A stretch of DNA of 64,000 nt, from positions 32,001 through 96,000 of the IMG/VR virus record IMGVR_UViG_3300017912_003441; one strand, 5' to 3'. Below the pieces are notes generated by a model, which was given only the letters and a program-made list of their open reading frames with translations, was not told the DNA's origin and did not search any database. Positions 22,773 to 31,886 of the stretch are shown here, piece after piece. The DNA comes from a virus (Duplodnaviria > Caudoviricetes). The position numbers and the translations under genes are program-made. Numbering within the stretch: the first letter of the stretch is position 1; the number at the start of each line of letters is the position of its first letter.

Positions 22773-22973
22773 CTAGCTCGCACCAATAGTCGTTTCGTAA
22801 ACGTACTTAGACCGGAGAGGAGTGGTCTTTATGTATTGTGTGAATTCACCGTCTTCGGATAAACATGTCTCAGTTCTCGTCACAGGTTTACATTCTAGAC
22901 ATTCACCTTTACACGTCTCTTCGAAACAATGAGGATTTTTACATATTTTAGGCTGATCTGTATTGTTTGACAT
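22773..22973 (-). CDS. small Cys-containing hypothetical protein
   Basis: 66-aa ORF with several Cys. Confidence 0.45.
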   Translation of the reverse strand: MSNNTDQPKICKNPHCFEETCKGECLECKPVTRTETCLSEDGEFTQYIKTTPLRSKYVYETTIGAS

Positions 22974-23208
22974 TGGAGAGATCTGTCTGAGGCTTAGGTG
23001 GAGAAATAGTATCGATAAACTTTCTGGCTTCTGCTATCGCCTGTTCATTTAACTTCCGGACAGCTTCCGGCCCTTCAGCTGTGCATAGCTCAGAACCGTG
23101 ATATATTAGCATGTTTGCTAAATTCATATAATGACATTTGTAATCGTACTTAGTTTGTGACTTTGAAGGCATCGAGTAATAATTGTAACGTATCTTTTTC
23201 AACTTCAA
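22948..23208 (-). CDS. hypothetical protein
   Basis: ORF track; true start is probably downstream. Confidence 0.45.
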   Translation of the reverse strand: MKLKKIRYNYYSMPSKSQTKYDYKCHYMNLANMLIYHGSELCTAEGPEAVRKLNEQAIAEARKFIDTISPPKPQTDLSNVKQYRSA

Positions 23209-23653
23209 CTACAACATCAGTTTCGACATCACCCGATACCGGCTCAGAGTCGTAGTCACCATATATATCATCTTCTTCTACATCTTCGAACTCTAGAATC
23301 TGTGGCGGAGCAGTGGTAGCAGACTCTAACAAATTTTGCTTCTTTATATCTAATACTATTAGATTTAATAATTGATTAGTAACTAAATCCTTCTTGGCTC
23401 TGGATACAAATCCTGAAACCTCTGACTTAGTAAACACACCCTCTAACATCTGTATGGGGTTCTTAATCTGTGAATATATTAAGTGAGGTAAATAAAGTTC
23501 CGCAATCTTGGCGCAGTCACGAATAACGTAATAAGCGGACTTTTTGAGTATCTTAACTCCTGTATCGGGTTCTTTTGCAGCCTTCTTAGCTGCTCTTAAG
23601 AGCTTAGCCTCTTTACTCTTCGACTCTTTGAGAATCTTTTCTTCGAAGGTCAC
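23150..23653 (-). CDS. hypothetical late protein with acidic C-terminus
   Basis: TAAATA motif before GTG start. Confidence 0.6.
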   Translation of the reverse strand: MTFEEKILKESKSKEAKLLRAAKKAAKEPDTGVKILKKSAYYVIRDCAKIAELYLPHLIYSQIKNPIQMLEGVFTKSEVSGFVSRAKKDLVTNQLLNLIVLDIKKQNLLESATTAPPQILEFEDVEEDDIYGDYDSEPVSGDVETDVVVEVEKDTLQLLLDAFKVTN

Positions 23654-23768
23654 GTAAATATTTAATCATTCGTCGATTCTTAATCCAACGATAATAAGAA
23701 CTTAATACTAATTTCCAGTTTTTTTATTCGCCATTTCTATCCATTAATAGCTAACTGTACAAATAAGT

Positions 23769-24002
23769 TCAAGGCAACTCTATATTATAGATTGAATTCG
23801 TTGTCTCTGCGTTTAAGCTACGCAAATATAACATGTATTCATCTTTCTCTTCTCTCGTAAGAGTATTATGTAAGCTTAACTTATTTTCTATTATTTTATT
23901 AGCTCTCACCTCTATTGGCTCTTCAGATAATAAGATAGAAAAGAATACTATAACTATCATTATAGTAAGTAACTTACTTGTCTCTTTTAACACTCGTACC
24001 AT
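23769..24002 (-). CDS. small membrane-anchored protein
   Basis: N-terminal hydrophobic helix. Confidence 0.45.
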   Translation of the reverse strand: MVRVLKETSKLLTIMIVIVFFSILLSEEPIEVRANKIIENKLSLHNTLTREEKDEYMLYLRSLNAETTNSIYNIELP

Positions 24003-24106
24003 AAAACTTTAAATTACCTAGATACATAAATAATGCACATATTAACGCAATCGGTAATGCAATCAATATAACTAATGGACTTACTGGCTTATCTGGACAA
24101 GGAGGC

Positions 24107-24337
24107 TTAGACATCATTTCCTATAGCTTCTACTGGACAATTGTCTAATGCGTTCTGACAGTCAGACTCTTCTTCTTCATTCTCTGGCTGTTTATATACA
24201 TATGAATAACCTTCTGTCTCTTGCCTAGTAAAGTTATTCGGCGCTTCTTCTCTACATAAATCACAATCTATACATTGCTCATCTACGTAATACTTACCCG
24301 CTACATTCTCCGGTTGTATATCAGCTCTATCTGCCAT
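24107..24337 (-). CDS. mono-cluster [4Fe-4S]/[3Fe-4S] ferredoxin
   Basis: YYVDEQCIDCDLC...CPVEAI. Confidence 0.93.
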   Translation of the reverse strand: MADRADIQPENVAGKYYVDEQCIDCDLCREEAPNNFTRQETEGYSYVYKQPENEEEESDCQNALDNCPVEAIGNDV

Positions 24338-24356
24338 ATAGTTATTTATCTAAAAT

Positions 24357-24432
24357 TGGAGCACGTCCAGGGTACCGCCCCCTGCATAGATGGTTTTGCA
24401 GACCACTCCGTTCACTTGCTCGGTCGACGTGC
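24357..24432 (-). tRNA. tRNA-Cys(GCA), non-canonical D and T loops
   Basis: Acceptor GCACGTC/GACGTGC, U73, CCA; anticodon loop CT-GCA-AA; T stem CAGGG/CCCTG with loop GGCGGTA. Confidence 0.8.
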
Positions 24433-24508
24433 TGGTGGGCCTTGTAGGATTTGAACCTACGGCCAATCGATTATGAGTCGACTGCTCTAACCGCTGAGCT
24501 AAAGGCCC
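24433..24508 (-). tRNA. tRNA-Ile2(CAU) (Met less likely)
   Basis: GGGCCTTTAGCTCAGCGGTTAGAGCAGTCGACTCATAATCG...GGTTCAAATCC...ACCA resembles bacterial Ile2 tRNAs. Confidence 0.88.
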
Positions 24509-24517
24509 TTGATTCAT

Positions 24518-24745
24518 TTAATCTTTTAATACAAACTTCCTTACTGTGAATCTAAAAGCAAAGAAATTAATAATAGCCATTGCTATCAGTGCAAACGCAT
24601 TAAATGATCCAGATTGCTCTAATGTATCCGGATCTGATATAGAACCTGTAATCGCTCCGATAAGCCCTACTACAAAGCCTACACCGAATAATCCTGCTAA
24701 GGTTATTAATGCAGTTAATACCCACGCTATCAAATAATCTTTCAT
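24518..24745 (-). CDS. small two-TM membrane protein
   Basis: Two hydrophobic helices; TTGCAA...TATAAT promoter at about 24754-24781. Confidence 0.6.
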   Translation of the reverse strand: MKDYLIAWVLTALITLAGLFGVGFVVGLIGAITGSISDPDTLEQSGSFNAFALIAMAIINFFAFRFTVRKFVLKD

Positions 24746-24863
24746 AAAACCTATTATAGGAACTCCGCAGAGGATTGCAAAAAAAATTTAGCATGCGTTT
24801 AATTTACCCTTTTTTCGGGTTTCTATATATAACGAATTCTCGTACTTACAGCTCTATATAGAG

Positions 24864-24898
24864 AGGTGGAGAGAGTACTCTATATACTCTCTCCACTC
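24864..24898 (-). terminator. long hairpin downstream of 24921..25406
   Basis: GTGGAGAGAGTA-loop-TACTCTCTCCAC inverted repeat. Confidence 0.55.
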
Positions 24899-24920
24899 GA
24901 CTGTTAGAAATGTAAGCTTG

Positions 24921-25406
24921 TTAGTTGATCTCTTGTAGTTCAGCTAATGCTTCATCGAATGTTGCTGGTTCTGGTTCTGGTTCAGGAGTAGATTTAGCAA
25001 TCGACTCTAACGCGCTTTCGCTAGCGGTTACTTGTACAACATCATCTAATGATTGTACCTTCTCTTCTTTCTTCTTAGGAGTAGGCTTAGCGGTCTTGTA
25101 CACACCAGCCTCAAACCAGAAGTTAGTTACTCGGCTCTTACTGTTCTTCTGAACAAGCTCCTTCAACTGCTCATCAGTACCGAGCCATGGCGGCATAGAC
25201 TGATTGGTACGACTCTCGATAAGATCTTGTACGCTACGACCAGCTCGAAGTTGAGAACAGATATACTTGCTTACATAATTATTAAGCAACCATTCACTAG
25301 TAACACCCAAGCGCGCTGCTTTAGATGCGAGATAGTTGTGAGAGGTCTTTCTGGATTGACCAGAGATGACACACGTTAGTACTGGGGCTGGATTTTTCTT
25401 AGACAT
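24921..25406 (-). CDS. hypothetical early protein
   Basis: 161 aa; LTCVISG N-terminus and PEPEPEP acidic tail. Confidence 0.65.
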   Translation of the reverse strand: MSKKNPAPVLTCVISGQSRKTSHNYLASKAARLGVTSEWLLNNYVSKYICSQLRAGRSVQDLIESRTNQSMPPWLGTDEQLKELVQKNSKSRVTNFWFEAGVYKTAKPTPKKKEEKVQSLDDVVQVTASESALESIAKSTPEPEPEPATFDEALAELQEIN

Positions 25407-25635
25407 ATTAATTATAATTCCTTTCTGTTATGGTTATTGGTTTAAAGACTAGCTTCTGCTTCACGACGCTCTTTCTTGAGCGGTTCAATTTCACGATGGA
25501 TAGCACGGAGCATTTTCATTAATGCGCCCCAGCGCTTCCAAGCTTTTAGATTATCGATCTCTTTCTCTGTCATTTTCATGGCGCAATCAGCGTTCATACG
25601 ATTAATTATAGCGATATTCCGGAGAGGTGCAACTG

Positions 25636-25836
25636 TTAATTTTCGAAATGTTTGGCTTGCTCAAAGCCCCAAACACGCATACTGTATTCTAAGAATTTAT
25701 AGAATTCGAATTCACCCATATATGATCTAACTTCTCTGAGCATGTCATATTTATCATTATTATCTGGAGAAGAAACCATACCAGTATCTTCTAACTCATC
25801 CATCACTTGCTCTATTATCTCTGTTTGTTTAGTCAT
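25636..25836 (-). CDS. hypothetical early protein
   Basis: Small acidic ORF. Confidence 0.5.
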   Translation of the reverse strand: MTKQTEIIEQVMDELEDTGMVSSPDNNDKYDMLREVRSYMGEFEFYKFLEYSMRVWGFEQAKHFEN

Positions 25837-25845
25837 GACTGTAAA

Positions 25846-26028
25846 TTATTTAAAACGGAAAAATTTCAACATCTTATAATGAATTGATCGCAACTCATTC
25901 AATTCTTCTTTCAGAGCTGGCTCTTCATTTATGACATCCTCACCTTCTGATTCAATCATATCAATTTGCATTTCAATTAACGCTTCAAGCGCTTTAGCTT
26001 CTTGTTTATTAAATGTGATTTCTTTCAT
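25846..26028 (-). CDS. hypothetical early protein
   Basis: Downstream of the promoter at about 26062-26106. Confidence 0.55.
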   Translation of the reverse strand: MKEITFNKQEAKALEALIEMQIDMIESEGEDVINEEPALKEELNELRSIHYKMLKFFRFK

Positions 26029-26125
26029 ATCTCTCTCTATCGTTCTATCAACAACACCAATATTATGGCGGCTCGCTCGGGTTTCGGCAACTGTTATTTT
26101 CCGGATATTTATCTATCTCTTTCTA

Positions 26126-26302
26126 TTAAAGTGTTATTTCAGCAAACTCTACACTATCCATTTCATATCCGAAACCTTCTGCACCATCTACCATACTAAC
26201 AAAACCATCTTCAATTTCGATAACAGTACCGCTATCTACACTCTTACCATTTTCGAAAACGATCACTCTCATCCCAACTCTCAAATCGCTCTTATTTAAC
26301 AT
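26126..26302 (-). CDS. 58-aa beta-rich (SH3-like) early protein, not in ORF track
   Basis: MLNKSDLRVGMRVIVFENGKSVDSGTVIEIEDGFV...EITL*, directly after a TTGCCG-17-CATAAT promoter. Confidence 0.6.
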   Translation of the reverse strand: MLNKSDLRVGMRVIVFENGKSVDSGTVIEIEDGFVSMVDGAEGFGYEMDSVEFAEITL

Positions 26303-26425
26303 ACGTATATTATGGCGGGTTTTTGCGGATTCGGCAACAACTTTATTGCTTGCAGTGACAATAGTTTAGCGCAACGCCGCGCTTTTTTTTCAGTTAGTTT
26401 TTGCGATATAAACTATAACCGAGCG

Positions 26426-26707
26426 TTAAGCGCGTGCTTCGCGCGCTTTTACTCTATCTTCATACCGTTCATACTTGAATTCGAACGTGCTATTATCATC
26501 TGGACGATGCTGATCAATTTTATGATTCCAGCGCTTTTCATGACCTTCTGGAAATTTATAACGATGCAGCTCACCGCTCATAATCTCTATGGTATGAGAT
26601 AATCCCATTTCAATACCAATCTGAACTCCCTTTTCACGTCCAGCATTGAAACCTTCTTGATAAGCTTCCGCTTTGATCCGATCTAATGTTTTTCTCATTC
26701 TGCTCAT
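26426..26707 (-). CDS. hypothetical early protein
   Basis: Promoter and GGAGA upstream. Confidence 0.6.
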   Translation of the reverse strand: MSRMRKTLDRIKAEAYQEGFNAGREKGVQIGIEMGLSHTIEIMSGELHRYKFPEGHEKRWNHKIDQHRPDDNSTFEFKYERYEDRVKAREARA

Positions 26708-26888
26708 ATCTCCAACAACACGAATATTATGGCGGCTAGAGCTGAAAACAGCAACTACTTTCTGCGGATTTATTAAACTTTTTTTCTTTACTAACTCTCC
26801 GGGTAAAGTAGAATCATAGCAGAGATTATAAAAAGAGCTGGAGAGTATATCCCTCCAGCTTGATTATTAAATTATCCAGAGAGGATAA

Positions 26889-27131
26889 TTAGTGAGTGGT
26901 AATGCGAGAAGTCTGCAATTCCCGAGAGAAGAAGCGGTTGTTGATCCCGACCTTCTGAGTCTTTCCGCCGACCTTATAATTGGCCTTCGCCGAATGAACA
27001 TAATAATCGCCGTTCTCGGATCGGGTCATCTCGACTGTCACGCGACGCGCTCGAGCGTTGTCCTTAAACCAACTTGCGCGCTTACCATCAGTTGTCTCTA
27101 GCTGAGACTGAGCATATGTTTGTGCTGTCAT
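26889..27131 (-). CDS. hypothetical early protein
   Basis: TATAAT and GAGGG upstream; terminator hairpin at about 26831-26861. Confidence 0.6.
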   Translation of the reverse strand: MTAQTYAQSQLETTDGKRASWFKDNARARRVTVEMTRSENGDYYVHSAKANYKVGGKTQKVGINNRFFSRELQTSRITTH

Positions 27132-27268
27132 AACTACCCTCTTATTATAGGATATCCCGAGCAGTATTCCACTACTTTTTTTATTGGGAGAGTCGAGTCG
27201 AATTGTCTGAGGGGCCGTTAGTAAATCCTCTATGGTTACGTATATATGTATTACGTATATGTCAGACC

Positions 27269-27301
27269 CTGAGCTATCTTGAGAAAAACTGAGCTATCTT
27301 G
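27269..27301. repeat. 13-bp direct repeat CTGAGCTATCTTG x2 in non-coding DNA
   Basis: Copies at 27269-27281 and 27289-27301. Confidence 0.7.
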
Positions 27302-27430
27302 GGAGTTCTTTAAGGTTTATTGGTATTCATATATGGCTAATATACAATAAAAAAATGCACTATTCGTTAGAATAATGCACTTTTGCGGAGATACTATATG
27401 TTTTTATCTGAGATCTATATATTTTTGACC

Positions 27431-28117
27431 TTAATTTCTAGGTAATTTCATACCAAAAGTATCTACATCCTGAGGAATACGGCCTGTATCATCATCAGGT
27501 AGGTTAAGATTTGCTTCTGGAACTGACCATCCTTCTGGGCCAACTTGCATAAGGTTAAAGACTCTTCCTTCATCTTCTTCATCTATGCTAACAATGATAC
27601 CATCGTAATCGTCTTGAGATACATCTGCAGGAATAATCTCACCAACTTTATACGTACTAGGATCTCCGGAGACATGATCGAATGCACCTTCTTGTAGCTT
27701 AGCTATTTTCTTTTTCAGCATATCTTTATATGCTTGTACACTGCCATAGTTCTTTTTAGCGAATTCTTCATCAGGATTATCATGAAGCGCTTGTAAGTCT
27801 TTTACGTCATCATTACTACCTTCATCTACATTAGTAGACTCGTCGTAATCTTCTTCATCCCCGATAACAGTATCAATGAACCAATTAGTCCAATTGTCAC
27901 CTTGATCTTTGATCTGTTTAACCATATAATCAACAATGTCATCTGCACCAACAGCTTGTGCGGCTTTATGTAGAGGTTGTAGAAGTTCTTGATCCATCAT
28001 GTATTGATTATGATGGTCAGTACTATTGTCTGCCTCTCTAGATACAAATGATTCCCAGATTAACTTATCGTCGCTCTGGACTTCGTTTTGTGTTTTAGGT
28101 CCTTTGAATGACTTCAT
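27431..28117 (-). CDS. acidic protein, possible internal head protein
   Basis: Modular acidic segments; late cluster. Confidence 0.5.
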   Translation of the reverse strand: MKSFKGPKTQNEVQSDDKLIWESFVSREADNSTDHHNQYMMDQELLQPLHKAAQAVGADDIVDYMVKQIKDQGDNWTNWFIDTVIGDEEDYDESTNVDEGSNDDVKDLQALHDNPDEEFAKKNYGSVQAYKDMLKKKIAKLQEGAFDHVSGDPSTYKVGEIIPADVSQDDYDGIIVSIDEEDEGRVFNLMQVGPEGWSVPEANLNLPDDDTGRIPQDVDTFGMKLPRN

Positions 28118-28118
28118 A

Positions 28119-28343
28119 TTACTTGTTACAATGTGCGGCTTGAATTAATTCTCCGCACTTAGGGCATTCGAATTTATCAGAATCAGAAGCACCTTCTCTT
28201 TTAGTATTACAGCTTGTTTCATCAACAGTATCGGTATCAGTTGCTTCGTCTTCTTCAACAGTATTGTTTGCTGGTACTTCAATCTTATGAGTATACATCT
28301 CATTAATGATTGCCTCAAGGTCTTTTTCGCGATTAGATCTCAT
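28119..28343 (-). CDS. small late protein with CPKC motif
   Basis: TAAATAACTATATG start. Confidence 0.55.
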   Translation of the reverse strand: MRSNREKDLEAIINEMYTHKIEVPANNTVEEDEATDTDTVDETSCNTKREGASDSDKFECPKCGELIQAAHCNK

Positions 28344-28351
28344 ATAGTTAT

Positions 28352-28546
28352 TTAGTCTTCGTAGCGTGACTTTAAGTAAGCTTTGAACTTAGCCTCTTTC
28401 ATTTTCTGTCTCTTAACTGCTGAAGGTTTCTGGAAGTATCGTCTTCTTCTGCATTCCCTAAGTACATCATCTCTATCTAACTGCTTCTTCAGCCGCTTTA
28501 GAGCTTTGTCGATAGGTTCATCAGGGCGTAAGTTAACTTTAGACAT
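28352..28546 (-). CDS. rpsU: ribosomal protein bS21
   Basis: MSKVNLRPDEPIDKALKRLKKQ...VLRECRRRRYFQKPSAVKR; start corrected to 28546. Confidence 0.92.
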   Translation of the reverse strand: MSKVNLRPDEPIDKALKRLKKQLDRDDVLRECRRRRYFQKPSAVKRQKMKEAKFKAYLKSRYED

Positions 28547-28547
28547 A

Positions 28548-29246
28548 TTAGCGTTTGGAGTTAAAGTATTTCTGGAAGTTCTCGTCTCCGAGGTATGGAA
28601 GAGCATCTTCTTTATAGATCCAGAATCTAACATTATTACGATCACTATCATCTATAAAGTAACCGTAACCTTCCAGAGAGGAGTTTCTTAATGATTTGAA
28701 AGCCAATTGAGTTAATTTAGTATAGATTGGACCTCTATTCTCATCTTTAGCACCAGTGAAGAGTAATACATTAGGTTGTCTAGTAATGATGTAGTGTTGC
28801 GCAATATGTATGATAGTGCCTATAACACGAGTAGCTCTATGGCCACCTTTACCTGTTTTAATGACAGTACCTTCATCGGCATCAGAGAATCCATACTCAA
28901 TAACGTTAGCATACTCGGGTTTAACTGCATTAGGATATTTAGATGCTACATATTGGTCCGCGGCCTGAACCGCTTGCCGGTGGTTGTACTTTGCGATACC
29001 GGCACTATCTCTCTCTGGTTCTATAAATTGATCTAAGGTATCGTCACTAGCGAAAGCTGCCTCTACCCTATATGGTTCGTCTGCGTCGTCTACCGTAAAC
29101 TTATATAGTATAAGATTTCTATTGGTGCTATCGATATTAAAGTTATATGGATTATCGAATGCTTCTGTTAGCTTACAGTATTCTAGAAAGCTCATATGCT
29201 TTGTAGAAGATAACCAGCCCTCTTGTGTAGGGTAGAACGTACTCAT
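28548..29246 (-). CDS. hypothetical phage protein
   Basis: 232-aa ORF. Confidence 0.6.
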   Translation of the reverse strand: MSTFYPTQEGWLSSTKHMSFLEYCKLTEAFDNPYNFNIDSTNRNLILYKFTVDDADEPYRVEAAFASDDTLDQFIEPERDSAGIAKYNHRQAVQAADQYVASKYPNAVKPEYANVIEYGFSDADEGTVIKTGKGGHRATRVIGTIIHIAQHYIITRQPNVLLFTGAKDENRGPIYTKLTQLAFKSLRNSSLEGYGYFIDDSDRNNVRFWIYKEDALPYLGDENFQKYFNSKR

Positions 29247-29653
29247 GAGTTGTATTGTGAAACAGGAGGTGTTTTAGACCTTTGTTTATCTAATGGATCA
29301 CTCTTTCTAGCTCCTCGCTCTTGAGCATCAGCACTCAATCTACCTTTGACCAAGTTACCAGATTTAGTATAGTAATGACCATCCGGAGCTGTCTTAGTTT
29401 CTTTATTCATAGTCTCATAGCGAGTTTCAATCATATTCTTAATTTGTTTGAACTGACCCATGAGATCACTTACAATCTCTTTATCAGAGAAGTCCCAATC
29501 GAAGCCAAGTATATTCTTATCAATGTGATCGTATACGCTAGCAAGGATAAAGTCTTCTATTTTGAAGTTAGGTCTTTTACTCTCTTCAGTATATGTTTTC
29601 TTGAGATGTAGACCTTCGTAGAGCTCGTCGAGTTTAGAGTGGAACTGTTTCAT
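29243..29653 (-). CDS. hypothetical late protein
   Basis: TAAATA motif upstream. Confidence 0.6.
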   Translation of the reverse strand: MKQFHSKLDELYEGLHLKKTYTEESKRPNFKIEDFILASVYDHIDKNILGFDWDFSDKEIVSDLMGQFKQIKNMIETRYETMNKETKTAPDGHYYTKSGNLVKGRLSADAQERGARKSDPLDKQRSKTPPVSQYNS

Positions 29654-29911
29654 TGTATAGAATTATTTATTCTTTACGTGACGAGTTTAGGCTTGTTAAT
29701 ACGATCTAGAGCTTCTTGTACCTTCTTTATTTTATGTTGATCTGACTGCCATTTAGAAATAGTATACAAAATATCTTTTATGTCTACTTGTTTAGCTTTC
29801 ATTTTTTTGCTCTTTTATACTTCTTTTTAGGTCGTAAGTCCTCAATATATTTCATTTCAGGATATAGTTCAGCGTGATAATCTTCTATATCTTTAAACTT
29901 AAATAGCTTCT

Positions 29912-30448
29912 TTAAAATTTTGCGTACCATATACTTTCTTTCTCTTTCTTAGTTAGAGTCAATTGTGCACCATTATTTGGTTCAATATAAACTACAGAGA
30001 GATTCTTTGCACCAGGTCTTTGTGTTATAACTGCATTGATAGCATGCAAGTTTTGTGAATTTGGTGCTTTACTATTATCATACCAGATTGTACCTACAGC
30101 TAATCCTTCTGAATCACTCTTGTTTTTCTTCTTTGCTTTAGAATTCTCTGTAAATGATAACGGGTTAGTCTTATAATGTAGCAAGTCACAATAGCTTTTA
30201 TACAATGATGCTAAGTTCTCACAATCAAACTTACGGTGCCAGAATTGCTTTTGACCTGTCTTTCTATCTAATCCAATAAACTTTAACCATTTAGTAAAGC
30301 TATTATAAATTTCAGTCTTTATATAAGCACAATCTGGTATAGCATATGAAGAGTCAGTTATATAATAACCTGCGTCTAATGAGAAGTCATCAACGTCTTT
30401 GTGAACGATATCTAATAGTTCTTGTCCGGTAATTGATAATACACTCAT
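29912..30448 (-). CDS. putative transglutaminase/papain-like cysteine protease
   Basis: FDCENLA...HAINAV...YIEP Cys-His-Glu triad pattern. Confidence 0.55.
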   Translation of the reverse strand: MSVLSITGQELLDIVHKDVDDFSLDAGYYITDSSYAIPDCAYIKTEIYNSFTKWLKFIGLDRKTGQKQFWHRKFDCENLASLYKSYCDLLHYKTNPLSFTENSKAKKKNKSDSEGLAVGTIWYDNSKAPNSQNLHAINAVITQRPGAKNLSVVYIEPNNGAQLTLTKKEKESIWYAKF

Positions 30449-30636
30449 GCAATTAATTCCTTTACCTCATCATAGGTTTGTTTCACTCTAATAACTCCGC
30501 GCTTAACTTCGATATTAGTTCCGTCTCCAGACTCAACCGGTGTAAAGCTTATAACTCTATTGGTGTTGATAGATACTTGTCGCTCTTTTCCTGTGGATAG
30601 TCCTGCTGTAATTAATTCTGTTAGTTCAATAAACAT
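30445..30636 (-). CDS. FlbD-like small protein
   Basis: MFIELT...INTNRVISF..T.I...VKQTYDEV pattern. Confidence 0.5.
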   Translation of the reverse strand: MFIELTELITAGLSTGKERQVSINTNRVISFTPVESGDGTNIEVKRGVIRVKQTYDEVKELIA

Positions 30637-30857
30637 TATTCTTCCTCGTTATTGTCAAATTCATACAATACTTTCAATAATTTATCAGCAAGTAGCTCAA
30701 TATCACGTATGTCGTCGAACCTATCTTCTCTCACATCTAGAAACCTTTTGATCTCTACCATAAAGTCTAAGTACTCTTCTACTCTATGCTGGGCTGTACG
30801 TAACTTATTTTTTACGCTCTTATGATAACTTATTTGATCTTCTTGTGTCATCGCCAT
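30636..30857 (-). CDS. hypothetical protein
   Basis: Coupled to neighbours. Confidence 0.5.
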   Translation of the reverse strand: MAMTQEDQISYHKSVKNKLRTAQHRVEEYLDFMVEIKRFLDVREDRFDDIRDIELLADKLLKVLYEFDNNEEE

Positions 30858-31213
30858 ACTCTATAACTATCTGAATCTTCTGAATAAGTACTCGTCTCGT
30901 CAAACTCAACTGGACTATCTTCATCAGCACTCAATCGATGAGCCATACCTCGAGGTATCTCCATACAATCTCCCTCTTCTAATACTGTAACAGTATGTTC
31001 AACCGTCTTAGGATCAATTGTAGTAATAAACAACGTACCTTTTCTTACATAAAAGCATTCATGCTTCTTAAGATGATAATGCATAGAGGTACCTGCACCT
31101 GCATTAATATAAAGAATCTTACTGCAATAGTCTTCCTCTTTGTTGTTAACTCTAATGAGTTCGTACCCCCAGCTCTTATCTATCTTCTCTGGTAAGAATT
31201 GTAAGTGTTCCAT
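30848..31213 (-). CDS. cupin-fold protein (sugar isomerase-like)
   Basis: KSWGYE, SMHYHLKKHE, HRL, ETST...DSYRV. Confidence 0.85.
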   Translation of the reverse strand: MEHLQFLPEKIDKSWGYELIRVNNKEEDYCSKILYINAGAGTSMHYHLKKHECFYVRKGTLFITTIDPKTVEHTVTVLEEGDCMEIPRGMAHRLSADEDSPVEFDETSTYSEDSDSYRVWR

Positions 31214-31227
31214 ATGAGTATTATAGC

Positions 31228-31434
31228 TTATCCATTCTCTTTATCAAGCTCAGTATAGATTTCGTTGAGAGAACATTCTTGACATTGAAACAATACTGTA
31301 TTACCGAACATAGCTCCAGTTACTGGATTACCATCTCGACCTTCAGCACCACATTCGTCACAAGCGTCATAAGGTATATGTTTTTCTACAACGCTAGTTC
31401 CGACCGATATATTATTATAATAAGGACTTGTCAT
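31228..31434 (-). CDS. small CxxC...CxxC protein
   Basis: CDEC and CQEC. Confidence 0.5.
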   Translation of the reverse strand: MTSPYYNNISVGTSVVEKHIPYDACDECGAEGRDGNPVTGAMFGNTVLFQCQECSLNEIYTELDKENG

Positions 31435-31612
31435 TTGAAAGTATTTCGTTTTTTAGATGTCATACGCTTCCACTCTTCCCAAGATGGTTTTGGCTCTTGC
31501 AAGCTTTCCCATTCACGCTTTAGCTTCTTTCGCTCTTGCTCTATAAATTGACTTGAACTCATTCTAGTTTCAATATATTCTCTATTGTTATCTGTTAATA
31601 CACATAGACACA

Positions 31613-31852
31613 TTATTCCCAATCTTTTCTCAAAGAAGAATCAGCTTCGTTATCATCAAAACCAGCCCAATACTCTGCAATCTCTTTTTTGCTCATATCT
31701 TTCTCTTCTACTTTAGGAGAGTAATATGTATCAGCTTCGAAGTAATGAGGTACTGGGGTACGTCCATACCAACTATCAGCTGTTCCTCGATCATATGGGC
31801 TTCCATGCCCCCTATCAGTTCTTTCAGTTTTAACTTTCATCTCTAACAACAC
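31613..31852 (-). CDS. conserved phage hypothetical protein
   Basis: HGSPYDRG.ADSWYGR...EY.AGF motif. Confidence 0.65.
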   Translation of the reverse strand: MLLEMKVKTERTDRGHGSPYDRGTADSWYGRTPVPHYFEADTYYSPKVEEKDMSKKEIAEYWAGFDDNEADSSLRKDWE

Positions 31853-31886
31853 AATAATTATATCTTATCTAGAGAGGACGTCAAGC

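Noticed and set aside
24925-27101. + strand ORFs in the early region
   Set aside because: They overlap - strand genes that have clear promoters
28547-28651. N-terminal extension of bS21 in the ORF track
   Set aside because: Overlaps the upstream gene; bS21 similarity starts at the ATG at 28546
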